Below are positions 15,514-24,586 of a DNA stretch of 25,335 nucleotides, piece after piece; within the stretch, counting starts at the first letter, position 1; each line of letters opens with the position of its first letter. The DNA comes from a virus. Lineage: Duplodnaviria; Caudoviricetes. The translations under genes were made by a program, and so were the position numbers. The stretch lies in the IMG/VR virus record IMGVR_UViG_3300032312_000624, positions 1 through 25,335 of that record; one strand, written 5' to 3'. The notes below the pieces were generated by a model, which saw nothing but the letters and a program-made list of their open reading frames with translations, ran no database searches and was not told where the DNA came from.

Positions 15514-16030
15514 TGGCCCCTTCCTGTTCAGCTGGTTGTGCAGCAGCATCCATGGGTGCTGTTGCTGTAATATGATTTTGTGTTAAGATGTCTTCAACCT
15601 TATTCGCATCGAGACTTTCGTAGCCCCTCTGTATATCAGACATTAACTTTTTAGGCATTGCGATCTTAATAAGAATTATTTCTTCTTTGTCTATTTTGCC
15701 TTTGCGTGTTCCTGGACGAATATCGTCTGGAGTTTTAATTTTACGAACTTTGTTTAGTACAGATTCTGCTACCTGTACTTTGCATCCATAGTCTAGCAAT
15801 CGTAGTCCGCCCTTGGGCTCGGGCATCTTATCCTTAGGCCACATAAATGTACACTCTACAAAGTAGCGTGTTTCTCTAGGGCCAGTAACAAGCTCACCGT
15901 CTTCCCAATGATCGAAAACATAGATATCTAACTCATCTATGACACGTTCAAAGTCTTTAAGCAGGTTTAGGCTGTTATTACTGCCGTAAATCTGTTCTAT
16001 ATTAGAAATAATGTCTTTTAAATCTGCCAT
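15494..16030 (-). CDS. Hypothetical phage protein
   Basis: 178 aa; SD AGGAG; first gene after a TAAATA element. Confidence 0.8.
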   Translation of the reverse strand: MADLKDIISNIEQIYGSNNSLNLLKDFERVIDELDIYVFDHWEDGELVTGPRETRYFVECTFMWPKDKMPEPKGGLRLLDYGCKVQVAESVLNKVRKIKTPDDIRPGTRKGKIDKEEIILIKIAMPKKLMSDIQRGYESLDANKVEDILTQNHITATAPMDAAAQPAEQEGANAEQTA

Positions 16031-16045
16031 GGTTTCTCCTATTTG

Positions 16046-16053
16046 TATTTAGC
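16046..16053 (-). promoter_or_regulatory. Putative late promoter GCTAAATA for the lysis operon
   Basis: TAAATA core 15 nt upstream of the ATG at 16030 in a divergent intergenic region. Confidence 0.55.
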
Positions 16054-16095
16054 CCTGTTTTTTTATCATTAGACATAACTTTTTTGCTATCAAGT

Positions 16096-16151
16096 TAAAT
16101 AAGTTTGTGTTCGGACACGGACACAACGGTTGAAAGGTCCGTGCCTAACAC
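16096..16151 (+). promoter_or_regulatory. TAAATA element and structured 5' leader of phoH
   Basis: TAAATA at 16096-16101; stem GTGTT-C-GG-A-CACGGAC / GTCCGTG-CC-T-AACAC (16107-16151) just before SD AAGGAGG. Confidence 0.5.
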
Positions 16152-16173
16152 TTTAAAGGAGGGCTAACCTTAT

Positions 16174-16914
16174 ATGAAGCGTAAAAGAGCGCAAGTTCAG
16201 CAAAATCAGCAGTATGACCCACGATTTGATAGCAACGTAATAAATATCGATCAAAAACTTCAACGTAAACGTAGACACGTTCAAATATATCCCAAAAATC
16301 TCAACCAAGAAAGTTACCTACTTAAACTTAACGATCCTAGCAAAATGATTGTTTTTGCCATCGGCCCTGCAGGTACAGGCAAGACCATGCTGGCAGTACA
16401 GTGGGCTATCCAACAGTTGAACTGGGGTGATATCACTAAGATCATTATTACACGCCCTGCTGTAAGCGTGGATGAAGACCATGGTTTCTTACCCGGAGAT
16501 CTAAACCAAAAAATGGAGCCGTGGACCAAGCCCATAATGGATGTTTTCTCAGAAAACTACAGTGCCAGAGAAATAGAACACATGCTAAAAGAGGGGGTGA
16601 TCGAGATCAGTCCTTTGGCCTATATGAGAGGACGCACATTCAAGGACAGTATAGTCATTGCTGACGAGATGCAAAACGCTACGCCAAGTCAAATGAAAAT
16701 GCTATTGACAAGATTAGGACAAGGATCGCATATGGTAGTGACCGGTGATCTACAGCAGGCAGATAGACCTAGCAATAATGGCCTGCTCGAATTCCTTGGG
16801 TTGTATAACGACTTTAAAAATCATCGTTACGTTGATGTCTGTCATTTCACCGTAGGTGATGTTGAAAGACATGAGGCAGTAAAGGAAATATTAGCGATTT
16901 ATAAAGATTCTTGA
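16174..16914 (+). CDS. phoH: PhoH-family ATPase
   Basis: GPAGTGKT, ITRPAV, GFLPGDL, LAYMRGRTF, DEMQN, TGDLQQAD. Confidence 0.96.
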   Translation: MKRKRAQVQQNQQYDPRFDSNVINIDQKLQRKRRHVQIYPKNLNQESYLLKLNDPSKMIVFAIGPAGTGKTMLAVQWAIQQLNWGDITKIIITRPAVSVDEDHGFLPGDLNQKMEPWTKPIMDVFSENYSAREIEHMLKEGVIEISPLAYMRGRTFKDSIVIADEMQNATPSQMKMLLTRLGQGSHMVVTGDLQQADRPSNNGLLEFLGLYNDFKNHRYVDVCHFTVGDVERHEAVKEILAIYKDS

Positions 16915-17150
16915 GGAAGGTGGGGGGTCAATCGATCCCCCAATAGCCTTTTGTAAAACTCTATCATGTCGTCATAGCTGGCCTGGGGATTCAGCCCGTT
17001 TTTGATGACCTTTTTGTCTTTGAGGTCAAGAATGACTTTAGAGGACTGTATATGCTTTGTCCTGTAATGTTTCTTGAACTCCGTAATTTCGTCCCACTTG
17101 CCATTGGGTTTTTGTAAGTAGGTGACAATCATATAACGTTCATTCATCAA
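16899..17150 (-). CDS. Hypothetical protein
   Basis: 83 aa; SD GGAG; convergent 16 nt overlap with phoH. Confidence 0.75.
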   Translation of the reverse strand: MMNERYMIVTYLQKPNGKWDEITEFKKHYRTKHIQSSKVILDLKDKKVIKNGLNPQASYDDMIEFYKRLLGDRLTPHLPQESL

Positions 17151-17655
17151 TCTTCTCCACAGTCACTCCAGACTTTTTAAGAAACTCAACTCCATCATCG
17201 CTGCGATAAGAGCTACGATAGAACACACTGTTAATGCCAGACTGATATATAAGTTTGGCGCAGTCCAGGCAAGGACTATGAGTAATAAAGATAGCAGCAC
17301 CATCGCCTGATTCAGTGCTTTTTGCCAACTTAGATATTGCGTTAGTTTCCGCATGTAATACCTCTGGTCTAGTTACAAGACGATATCGATATTCTTCCTC
17401 GGCATCTTCATTGAATTCGCAGTGAGGCCAACGTTCGTAGATCTCATCAGGATTTAACCAGCCACCTGCATCACGATCCATCCATTCTTTATATTCGCAA
17501 TCATTATCCCAACCAGCAGGCATACCGTTATAGCCGATGCTAATAATACGATCGTCTTTGACAACAATAGCACCGACATGCAATCTACGAGCATGAGAGA
17601 GCTCTGCGAATGTTTCCGCAGTTTTCATATATGCTCGTTTGAATTTATCTTTCAT
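17140..17655 (-). CDS. dCMP deaminase
   Basis: VGAIVV, IGYNG, HAETNAI, SPCLDC zinc motifs. Confidence 0.95.
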   Translation of the reverse strand: MKDKFKRAYMKTAETFAELSHARRLHVGAIVVKDDRIISIGYNGMPAGWDNDCEYKEWMDRDAGGWLNPDEIYERWPHCEFNEDAEEEYRYRLVTRPEVLHAETNAISKLAKSTESGDGAAIFITHSPCLDCAKLIYQSGINSVFYRSSYRSDDGVEFLKKSGVTVEKIDE

Positions 17656-18146
17656 TCTACAGGATTCCCTTCATCGTCTACTTCTAACCAGGTATGATCG
17701 CCCATATATTTCACACGTACTTGGTACTGATAATCTTCAGGAGCACCAGTGGTCCATTCATTAGGACCCATATGAACAAGTAAAGTTTTTTCTTTTCTCT
17801 TATCCCAAACAAGCCAATAACAATGCCCCATGACAATCTGAAACTGATATTCGGCAGCATGCACAGCATCAGTAACATCTAATCTTCTCTTAATGCTATC
17901 GGCCTGTTTTTGTAACACAGCAACCAGTTCCATTATTCTGTTATATTCTTGTTGTGCGTACATCCTAGCATGATTTATCATTATGTCTTTTTGTTTAGAC
18001 ACAGGTATTAAATCAAAACTAGGACCACCTACTTCTGTAGGATAGGGAGTAACATTTTTATTAAAAAAAGTTACAAGATTACCGCCAATCTTCGAATCGT
18101 AGCTGTTTTTACCTTTGGCGAGATTCGACTTGGCCTCGTCGGTCAT
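17652..18146 (-). CDS. Hypothetical protein, DUF2452-like
   Basis: Coiled-coil N-half then AEYQFQIVMGHCYWL...GPNEW...DHTW; family recalled from memory, unverified. Confidence 0.65.
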   Translation of the reverse strand: MTDEAKSNLAKGKNSYDSKIGGNLVTFFNKNVTPYPTEVGGPSFDLIPVSKQKDIMINHARMYAQQEYNRIMELVAVLQKQADSIKRRLDVTDAVHAAEYQFQIVMGHCYWLVWDKRKEKTLLVHMGPNEWTTGAPEDYQYQVRVKYMGDHTWLEVDDEGNPVE

Positions 18147-19066
18147 TGATCTGACAATCTCGCAAGTTTGATTAAAGTTGCCGCAAGATTAATTTCTGAA
18201 TCAGCCACTAAAGTATGATCCACTAATCCTTGCTTGATAATCAAGATAGCAGAGTCTTGTTTTTTGTTATCGCCGAAGATAGTGATGTTATCATAGAGCC
18301 ATCGATAGACTTCTTCCATTTCTTCAGAACGAATTTTACCGCAGAGCATTTTACGTGCTTCTGTAATCTTACCTGCTTTGAAAAGTTCAACCATGTCAAA
18401 CTTCCAGTCTGCTTCTCCTTGATCGCCTTTGTTAGGTGCATTTAGTTTACCTTCAGAAACATTCTGCTGTACTAGATTAATACACTTTCGAAGATCTGGG
18501 TAGGTAACTTTAACATAGTTGTCAAGAGTATCAAGATCGAACTCTATAGATTCTTCCACTAGAATAGTAGCAACACGAGCAGTGAACTCAGTGAGGTCAG
18601 TTCTCTCAACATGGAAACCTTGGCAACGACTATGGATCGCAGGAATAATACGATTAGGATAGTTACAGGTTAGAATAAATCTAGCAGTAGCGTGATACTC
18701 TTCCATAACACCACGTAACGCTGCCTGTGCGTTAGGCGATAGGTAATCAGCCTCGTCAAGCAACACAACCTTAAACGGACCAAATGGAATCATTTGTACA
18801 AAGTTTGTGATCTTATCACGAACATCATCAACAGAGTTTGTGCGACTTGCGTTAATCTCTAGTACATCGTAATCTTCGATACCTAACTCATGGATCAAGA
18901 TTTTAGCCAGTGTGGTCTTACCGATACCTGCATTACCGCTTAACAACAGATGCGGAATACTTTGATCCTTGATCCAAGTTTCGATCTGCTTACGTTGATG
19001 TTCATCTCTGAACACATAACCGTCAATCTTTTTTGGACGGTATTTTTCTACCCATAGTTCTTTCAT
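18143..19066 (-). CDS. Sliding-clamp loader ATPase (T4 gp44 / RFC small subunit-like)
   Basis: WVEKYRP, GNAGIGKT, EINAS, LDEAD, SRC arginine finger. Confidence 0.95.
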   Translation of the reverse strand: MKELWVEKYRPKKIDGYVFRDEHQRKQIETWIKDQSIPHLLLSGNAGIGKTTLAKILIHELGIEDYDVLEINASRTNSVDDVRDKITNFVQMIPFGPFKVVLLDEADYLSPNAQAALRGVMEEYHATARFILTCNYPNRIIPAIHSRCQGFHVERTDLTEFTARVATILVEESIEFDLDTLDNYVKVTYPDLRKCINLVQQNVSEGKLNAPNKGDQGEADWKFDMVELFKAGKITEARKMLCGKIRSEEMEEVYRWLYDNITIFGDNKKQDSAILIIKQGLVDHTLVADSEINLAATLIKLARLSDQ

Positions 19067-19148
19067 TATTTTCCTCTGTGTCTTTGGCCCATTCGCCTTC
19101 TATTATGTAGCAAGGCTCCGGTGGTTCTTGATAATCTTCATCCTGCAT
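19023..19148 (-). CDS. Possible 41-aa micro-ORF (MQDEDYQEPPEPCYIIEGEWAKDTEENNERTMGRKIPSKKD)
   Basis: Open frame spanning the only sizeable gap in this operon, overlapping both neighbours; weak SD. Confidence 0.3.
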   Translation of the reverse strand: MQDEDYQEPPEPCYIIEGEWAKDTEENNERTMGRKIPSKKD

Positions 19149-19578
19149 TTCTCAAACCTTTTTCAACTTCGGCAGCTACTACTCGTCCCCGAAGTTCGGT
19201 TGTGGAGAAACTGTGTTCTCGCCTGTTAAAGTAAAATTCAATACCTTTAGAGATACACTCATATTTTCCTGTGAATTCTTTTTCTGCATATTCATCTCCT
19301 AATATTCTAACATTAATAGGATAAGAAAGCAAGATATCCACAAGCTCTTTTTCTGTACCGTACGGAATAACTTCGTCTATGTACTTGCAGGACTTTAGTT
19401 GTACAAAACGCTCGAATACACTTTGCACAGGCTTGTTCTTTTCTTTAGGACGATCGATTGTGGGATCTGTTTGTAGACCTACTATCAAATAGTCGCATTG
19501 CTTTTTAGCTTCTTCCAACATAAGCAAATGACCTGCATGGAACAGATCAAAGGTTGAACAGGTAAAACCAATCTTCAT
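19138..19578 (-). CDS. Glycerol-3-phosphate cytidylyltransferase-like (TagD family)
   Basis: TFDLFHAGH, YLIVGLQTD, KYIDEVIPY, FSTTELR. Confidence 0.9.
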   Translation of the reverse strand: MKIGFTCSTFDLFHAGHLLMLEEAKKQCDYLIVGLQTDPTIDRPKEKNKPVQSVFERFVQLKSCKYIDEVIPYGTEKELVDILLSYPINVRILGDEYAEKEFTGKYECISKGIEFYFNRREHSFSTTELRGRVVAAEVEKGLRNAG

Positions 19579-19976
19579 CCTTCTAGCCCTTGCTTCAGAA
19601 GACTTTGTTCCATACTGAGGAATGGTTTAAGATTAGGAGGTACCCAACCTAGAGGTTTCAATACCTTACCATCCTCACGCTTTCGAACCTTGCCAGTTTC
19701 TTTGTCAATCTTAGCAAAGTTAGTGGACATGACTTCTTTCCAACCGCCCTCACCATCGTAACCGGCACTATGTATAGCACCAACTGTGACAACAATAAAG
19801 TCTAATAGTGCATCTAATGTCTCTACACCATCGTTGTTGTCAATGGCAACTTTAAGTTCTTTCCATTCCTCTTCCATTAGATTAAGGTATAGTTTAAACT
19901 GTTCTTGATTAAACTCGCCGACTGTTTGGTCGCAGGCTGTCATAAACTTCGCTTGATCGCGAAACGGATTAGTCAT
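19575..19976 (-). CDS. MazG/PRA-PH-like all-alpha NTP pyrophosphohydrolase
   Basis: EEEWKEL...ETLDALLD, EVMSTNFAK, REDGKVLKP. Confidence 0.88.
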   Translation of the reverse strand: MTNPFRDQAKFMTACDQTVGEFNQEQFKLYLNLMEEEWKELKVAIDNNDGVETLDALLDFIVVTVGAIHSAGYDGEGGWKEVMSTNFAKIDKETGKVRKREDGKVLKPLGWVPPNLKPFLSMEQSLLKQGLEG

Positions 19977-19985
19977 TGTATCTCC

Positions 19986-20225
19986 TTAAGACTTTAGAAT
20001 CTTAATGATACGCTTTTGTTCTTGATCTGTCAACCACTGTTGTTCCAGATTGCCAAAGTCTGGAGCGTTAGAAAGTGCATTGTCTACAATGCCTTTGAGA
20101 ATGTATAGTTCTTTTTTTAGTTCAAATGACGTAAATCCGTCATTGTATACGCTGGAACACTCGCGAGATAAGGCCGATATTTGATTGGCAATATCGGCCA
20201 TGTCCCAGCTTTTTTTAAATGCCAT
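19986..20225 (-). CDS. Hypothetical protein
   Basis: 79 aa; TAATG coupling to groES. Confidence 0.75.
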   Translation of the reverse strand: MAFKKSWDMADIANQISALSRECSSVYNDGFTSFELKKELYILKGIVDNALSNAPDFGNLEQQWLTDQEQKRIIKILKS

Positions 20226-20620
20226 TAACTGACAAAGTCCTCTGGCCTAATGTCTATGCTAGAACCGTGAGCGTATTCTTTGCCAATATAAACATCGTTA
20301 GGCTTTTCGTCAGTGACTGCAAGTATTGATTCAACTTCAACTCGTTGAATATCTTTGACTCCGTTGCCGTCATCGATTTTCATTTTTCTAGTCCAACGAC
20401 CGTGTTCGACTAAAATCCATTGACCTACTTTGACATCAGTCTGTTCAGGACCTACCGCATAGACTTGTCCCCATCGAGGTTTGATGCCGTGAGCCTGACC
20501 GTCGTCACTCCTTAATACTATTCCACTAGCTGTTTTTTGTTCGTTAAAGTCCATGCCTGTAACAATAACGTTGTTTCTAATAGCACGTAGATTTTTAATA
20601 TTGATCGGATCGTATGACAT
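20225..20620 (-). CDS. groES: GroES/Cpn10-like co-chaperonin
   Basis: EQKTASGIVL mobile loop, GQVYAVGP, VKVGQWILV, ESILAV. Confidence 0.88.
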   Translation of the reverse strand: MSYDPINIKNLRAIRNNVIVTGMDFNEQKTASGIVLRSDDGQAHGIKPRWGQVYAVGPEQTDVKVGQWILVEHGRWTRKMKIDDGNGVKDIQRVEVESILAVTDEKPNDVYIGKEYAHGSSIDIRPEDFVS

Positions 20621-20623
20621 AGA

Positions 20624-20848
20624 TTATTTCTTTCTAGTGACTAGTTCTTCTTTGATGGCTCTAGGATTAGTCTTGTAATAGTCTTGGAGAATTTCTTCTC
20701 TAGTTTTAACAATTTTTCCGCCAGGCCCTAGCTCGTCACCGCGAGCATTTACTCTGACATTACCTACGGCAGGCAGTAGTTCGTTTTGGAGATTAAGTTT
20801 CTCCATGTCTACAGCTTTGCCTCTCATACTGGTATAAGTTTTACCCAT
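20624..20848 (-). CDS. Hypothetical protein
   Basis: 74 aa (AVGNVRVNARGDELGPGGKIVK); SD AAGGAG. Confidence 0.8.
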   Translation of the reverse strand: MGKTYTSMRGKAVDMEKLNLQNELLPAVGNVRVNARGDELGPGGKIVKTREEILQDYYKTNPRAIKEELVTRKK

Positions 20849-21317
20849 TTTGTTCTCCTTTGAAGAATTCTTCTATTGGTAAGTTGTATTTAACACTGTC
20901 GATCTTATGGACCCCTATCAAATAGAGCACATAGCTAGCCACGCTAGATCCACGTCCAACACCCCAAACTATGTTATTAGCTCTTAGGGTATCCACAATG
21001 TATTTCATAACATGTAAGATATCATACATGCCGTGTTTAATGAACAGTTCTAGTTCTTGATTAACACGATTTTTTTGAACTTCAGTTTCACACATTCCGT
21101 AGAGCATTTCTGTAAGGTTTGGATAATAGTCTTCGGGAATGTGCCATTTCTTAATATCTAAGCTATCTTTAGGCATAGGGTAGTTAAGATTTTCGTGATA
21201 GCATCGTTCTACATAGAGTTTTACAGATTCTAGATCAGCAAGACACTTTGGCAGTATGTCTACTCCATGTATCAGTACTGCTTCTGTTAGTGTATCTTCT
21301 TTGTGTTTAATCGACAT
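20841..21317 (-). CDS. dnaE: Truncated DNA polymerase III alpha (DnaE)-like protein
   Basis: RVNQELELF...WGVGRGSSVASYVLYLIGVHKIDSVKYNLPIEEF matches DnaE GPGRGS..GSLVAYAL.IT.LDP...LLFERF; only 158 aa. Confidence 0.85.
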   Translation of the reverse strand: MSIKHKEDTLTEAVLIHGVDILPKCLADLESVKLYVERCYHENLNYPMPKDSLDIKKWHIPEDYYPNLTEMLYGMCETEVQKNRVNQELELFIKHGMYDILHVMKYIVDTLRANNIVWGVGRGSSVASYVLYLIGVHKIDSVKYNLPIEEFFKGEQNG

Positions 21318-21537
21318 TAATCAACTGATCTAAGTCGCCATCTAGTTGTGTTTTTCTAGTAGCGGCTCTTCTTGACCTTTCCTCTTTATACATTATAAGG
21401 ATAGTTTGTATTTGTGTCAAGAGATCAGCTTTACCTAAACGTGCTGCTTGGTGATATTTTTTGGAAAGCTCCAAAATCTTGTCTTCGATATCTTGATCTT
21501 TGAGATCTGAAAGGTTATCTACAAACGGATTGAACAT
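21307..21537 (-). CDS. Hypothetical helical protein
   Basis: 76 aa, tightly packed in the operon. Confidence 0.75.
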   Translation of the reverse strand: MFNPFVDNLSDLKDQDIEDKILELSKKYHQAARLGKADLLTQIQTILIMYKEERSRRAATRKTQLDGDLDQLINVD

Positions 21538-21539
21538 TT

Positions 21540-22127
21540 TTAACTGTACAGTCCTAGATATCTAAGGAAAATAACTGATGAACTATGTCTCCATACTTCG
21601 ATAAACACAGGGTTGTCATTTGAAGTTAGTGTTATAGTTTCTGGAAAACTAGGATCTTTCTTGTAGATTGTACCACCTGAAGTTATAAAACTAACAGTCT
21701 TGGATGGATCTGAACCGTTTTTATATAACTCGAGAGTTATTTTTCCCACACCAATCGGAACAGTTTCATCAGCCAATGCTGGATCGCCAGGAAGATTTAA
21801 GAAGTCAACGTTTGAGTTAGTTTTAAATCTAAAAATCTGATAAGGACCGTTTTCAAAATCTATGGTCAAGTTTGATTCTATAAGACCGCCGTCGAACTTT
21901 TGATCTCTACAGTTTTGAAAGACAGCTCTTTCTACTGTATTTTTTTCAAAATCGTTGGTTAGATTTAGTTTGGCAGTATTTGCCTGTAGGTCTGTAATCT
22001 CTTCTTGAGCAGATTGTAGACTTCTTTTAATGGTATCAAAGTTATCTCTGAATACCTGTGTGTCGTTGTCCTGACCAGCTACAGGAAAGTTTTCGTTTAT
22101 ACTGGTAAAGTTAATTGCGCTTGTCAC
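21540..22127 (-). CDS. Putative virion structural (baseplate/fibre) protein
   Basis: GTG start overlapping the upstream stop (GTGA); FPVAGQDNDTQVFRDNF then a coiled coil and beta-rich C-part. Confidence 0.7.
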   Translation of the reverse strand: MTSAINFTSINENFPVAGQDNDTQVFRDNFDTIKRSLQSAQEEITDLQANTAKLNLTNDFEKNTVERAVFQNCRDQKFDGGLIESNLTIDFENGPYQIFRFKTNSNVDFLNLPGDPALADETVPIGVGKITLELYKNGSDPSKTVSFITSGGTIYKKDPSFPETITLTSNDNPVFIEVWRHSSSVIFLRYLGLYS

Positions 22128-24571
22128 GGTAGTTTTTCTCCGATTTGTGGAAATGCAAGATATTTATATTCGACATCCCCGTCTAATATGTCAATAAGGT
22201 ATCGATCAGCTTCAAAATCCATGAGTTTAAAATCAAACCCGCTGAGTTTTACACGAGCTGCGATCGCATCTGATTTTCCAGGATTTGTGTAACACAATGG
22301 CAGTGCTTTGACATAACCCGATTCGAAAATAGTGTTATCTTGTATACTGCGCATCCATAGGGGTAGATATTTTCTATCTCTCTCGCCTAGATCGAACAAT
22401 CTCGATCTCATGTTTTTTATAGAATTTGGAAATATTCTTTGATGATCCCGGTCACTGACAAATGGTATATTGCTATCTACTTTGATAGCATCATAGCTGA
22501 TTAAAACTTTGCTGTTGATATTATCTGACAGTTGTAGGGTTTGGCTTATGGATTTTCCATTTTTTTCAAACCCGTCCACAATATCAACGTAAACTACTTC
22601 GTAGATAGTTTCTTGAGTTACAGGATCTTTGGCCTTGGCTGTCTTTATTTCTCCAAACTTGAGTTTTTTTCTATAATGATTTCTGCTCATAGCCTGTACA
22701 AATCTCACAGCCTCGACACTTTCTATTCCTGCGAATAAAATCATTTTTAATTCTGATTGGATGCCAAAGTTAGGATCTCCATAGCGATAAAGCTCATCAG
22801 TTCTAAAAATATTGCTGTCTGTGATAAAGTTAAACCAATCTAATCTCTTAGACTTAGGCTGGAAAGATTTGAGATAGACATTAGCAAATGTAGTATTAGA
22901 TTCTGATATTACTCTTAGAGTAAATGATCTTTCGATTTGTGCGAATCTAGCAGAGTCTCTTGCATTTATTGTAAAGTTGAAAAATCTATCAAAGCTAGTA
23001 GTGTTATTATCAAAGGTGGTATTGAATGTTCTTGCGGATCCTTCAACGTCGTAGAATCGAATCATTCCAGGCTTGCCCTGAGAACCAAACTGTCTTACTT
23101 TGCCTTGTATGATACCTGTTGATAGAAGTTGCAGACCGGGAGGCAAAGTACCGTTGACTATTTCATAAGAAGTGGTATTTCCATATAGACTAGATCTTGC
23201 TTCGACTAACAATGTACTAGGTTTGTTAGGCTCTATCGATCCCAGATCGGGATCTGTTAACCAAACAATGGCGCTTTCTATTTCGCCTATGATGTCGATG
23301 CTAAATGTTTTTGTACTTACAGCAACACTGCTGGCCCAAAAATCTTCATCGGTAGGTATCTTACTTCTGCTGCCCTGAGTTGCTACATAGATAAAACCGT
23401 TGTAGGATACTGCATCATTTTTTAGATAGTTAACAGTGCTGTTCCATACACCTCTAAGATTATATGAAAGACTGACTATTTCTGTTTTAAAATCAACAGC
23501 ACTTATAGTAAAGGTATAGGTTTTTGTTACGGCTGCTTGATAAGGAACTCGTCCACCTATCTCTCCAGTGTTTTGATCTAACTCCATGCCCTCGGGCAGC
23601 ACACTGGCAGTACCATTGGGATTTTGACTTTCTAAAAAGTAAAGTATACGATTGTCTAGGCCTGGAGCTCTATAGACATCTAGAAATATTGTTAGATAGT
23701 TATTGGCTCGACGTCTTCCAAGATAAGATTCTGTTATCCAGTAAGGAACTCTGTCTGAACTATTATCAGCGGTAAAGAGATTAGTATCAACTTCAACTAT
23801 GGTATTATCAGCTTTGAGGAAATCCTCAGTGACCACCCACATCCTAAATAGTCTTTTTGTTTCAGTGCGACCGTCAGTGACACTGACTACAAATGTGTAC
23901 GCTCTGCTGAGTTTCCTTGGAGTTTGAACCGATTCGCTAAAGTCATATTCAAACTGATCGTAGATGTAGCTGTCGAAACCTGTACCACCAGCTTTGGGTT
24001 TATCTAATGGTGCTATATCAAAAGCTGCGGTATCGTAAGCTCCGGACACAGCGTTACCGTATTCTACTGAAAATATAGGATCAGTGAACCCTGTTATTCT
24101 TCCATCTTTGGTCAAGGATAGTCCAGGAGGTAGTTCACCTCCCATAGGACTGATATAGTATTCTAAGACATCACCTGCGGTTTGGTCAGTATCGTAGGCT
24201 TCGAGTTGAAAATCTACAAAAGCATTGTCTAAGACAAAATAAGTTTCACCTTGACCAACATTGAGAAAACCTTCTTTGGTAATCCATATAGGAGCATCTG
24301 CTCCGTCTACTGAGATAGAAAAAGTTCTATCTTCTATATCTTGGCCGTCATCGGCTCTGATGACAAATCTATAGACTGTGAACTTGCTGACTTCGACAGC
24401 ACTGCCTATGAGATTGTTACCTACCAGTTTCATTCCTCTCGGCAACGATCCTGATATCACAGATAATGCGACCGATGTCTGATCGGTAGATACTTGTAAA
24501 GGTATGGTTACGGGAACACGCTCAGTTAGTGTTGTTAGATTACCTGCCTGTGTGATCCATTGTACAGCCAT
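22124..24571 (-). CDS. Large virion protein with repeated Ig-like domains, putative baseplate component
   Basis: Repeats GSLPRGMKL, GELPPGLSL, VLPEGMEL, GTLPPGLQL; WNSTVNYLKNDAVSYNGFIY carbohydrate-binding-like insert. Confidence 0.8.
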   Translation of the reverse strand: MAVQWITQAGNLTTLTERVPVTIPLQVSTDQTSVALSVISGSLPRGMKLVGNNLIGSAVEVSKFTVYRFVIRADDGQDIEDRTFSISVDGADAPIWITKEGFLNVGQGETYFVLDNAFVDFQLEAYDTDQTAGDVLEYYISPMGGELPPGLSLTKDGRITGFTDPIFSVEYGNAVSGAYDTAAFDIAPLDKPKAGGTGFDSYIYDQFEYDFSESVQTPRKLSRAYTFVVSVTDGRTETKRLFRMWVVTEDFLKADNTIVEVDTNLFTADNSSDRVPYWITESYLGRRRANNYLTIFLDVYRAPGLDNRILYFLESQNPNGTASVLPEGMELDQNTGEIGGRVPYQAAVTKTYTFTISAVDFKTEIVSLSYNLRGVWNSTVNYLKNDAVSYNGFIYVATQGSRSKIPTDEDFWASSVAVSTKTFSIDIIGEIESAIVWLTDPDLGSIEPNKPSTLLVEARSSLYGNTTSYEIVNGTLPPGLQLLSTGIIQGKVRQFGSQGKPGMIRFYDVEGSARTFNTTFDNNTTSFDRFFNFTINARDSARFAQIERSFTLRVISESNTTFANVYLKSFQPKSKRLDWFNFITDSNIFRTDELYRYGDPNFGIQSELKMILFAGIESVEAVRFVQAMSRNHYRKKLKFGEIKTAKAKDPVTQETIYEVVYVDIVDGFEKNGKSISQTLQLSDNINSKVLISYDAIKVDSNIPFVSDRDHQRIFPNSIKNMRSRLFDLGERDRKYLPLWMRSIQDNTIFESGYVKALPLCYTNPGKSDAIAARVKLSGFDFKLMDFEADRYLIDILDGDVEYKYLAFPQIGEKLP

Positions 24572-24586
24572 TTATACTCCTAAGTA

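Noticed and set aside
15514-15549. ORF-track start MLLHNQLNRKGP for the 14791 gene
   Set aside because: Extends the overlap with the upstream gene and lacks an SD; the ATG at 15513 is more plausible.
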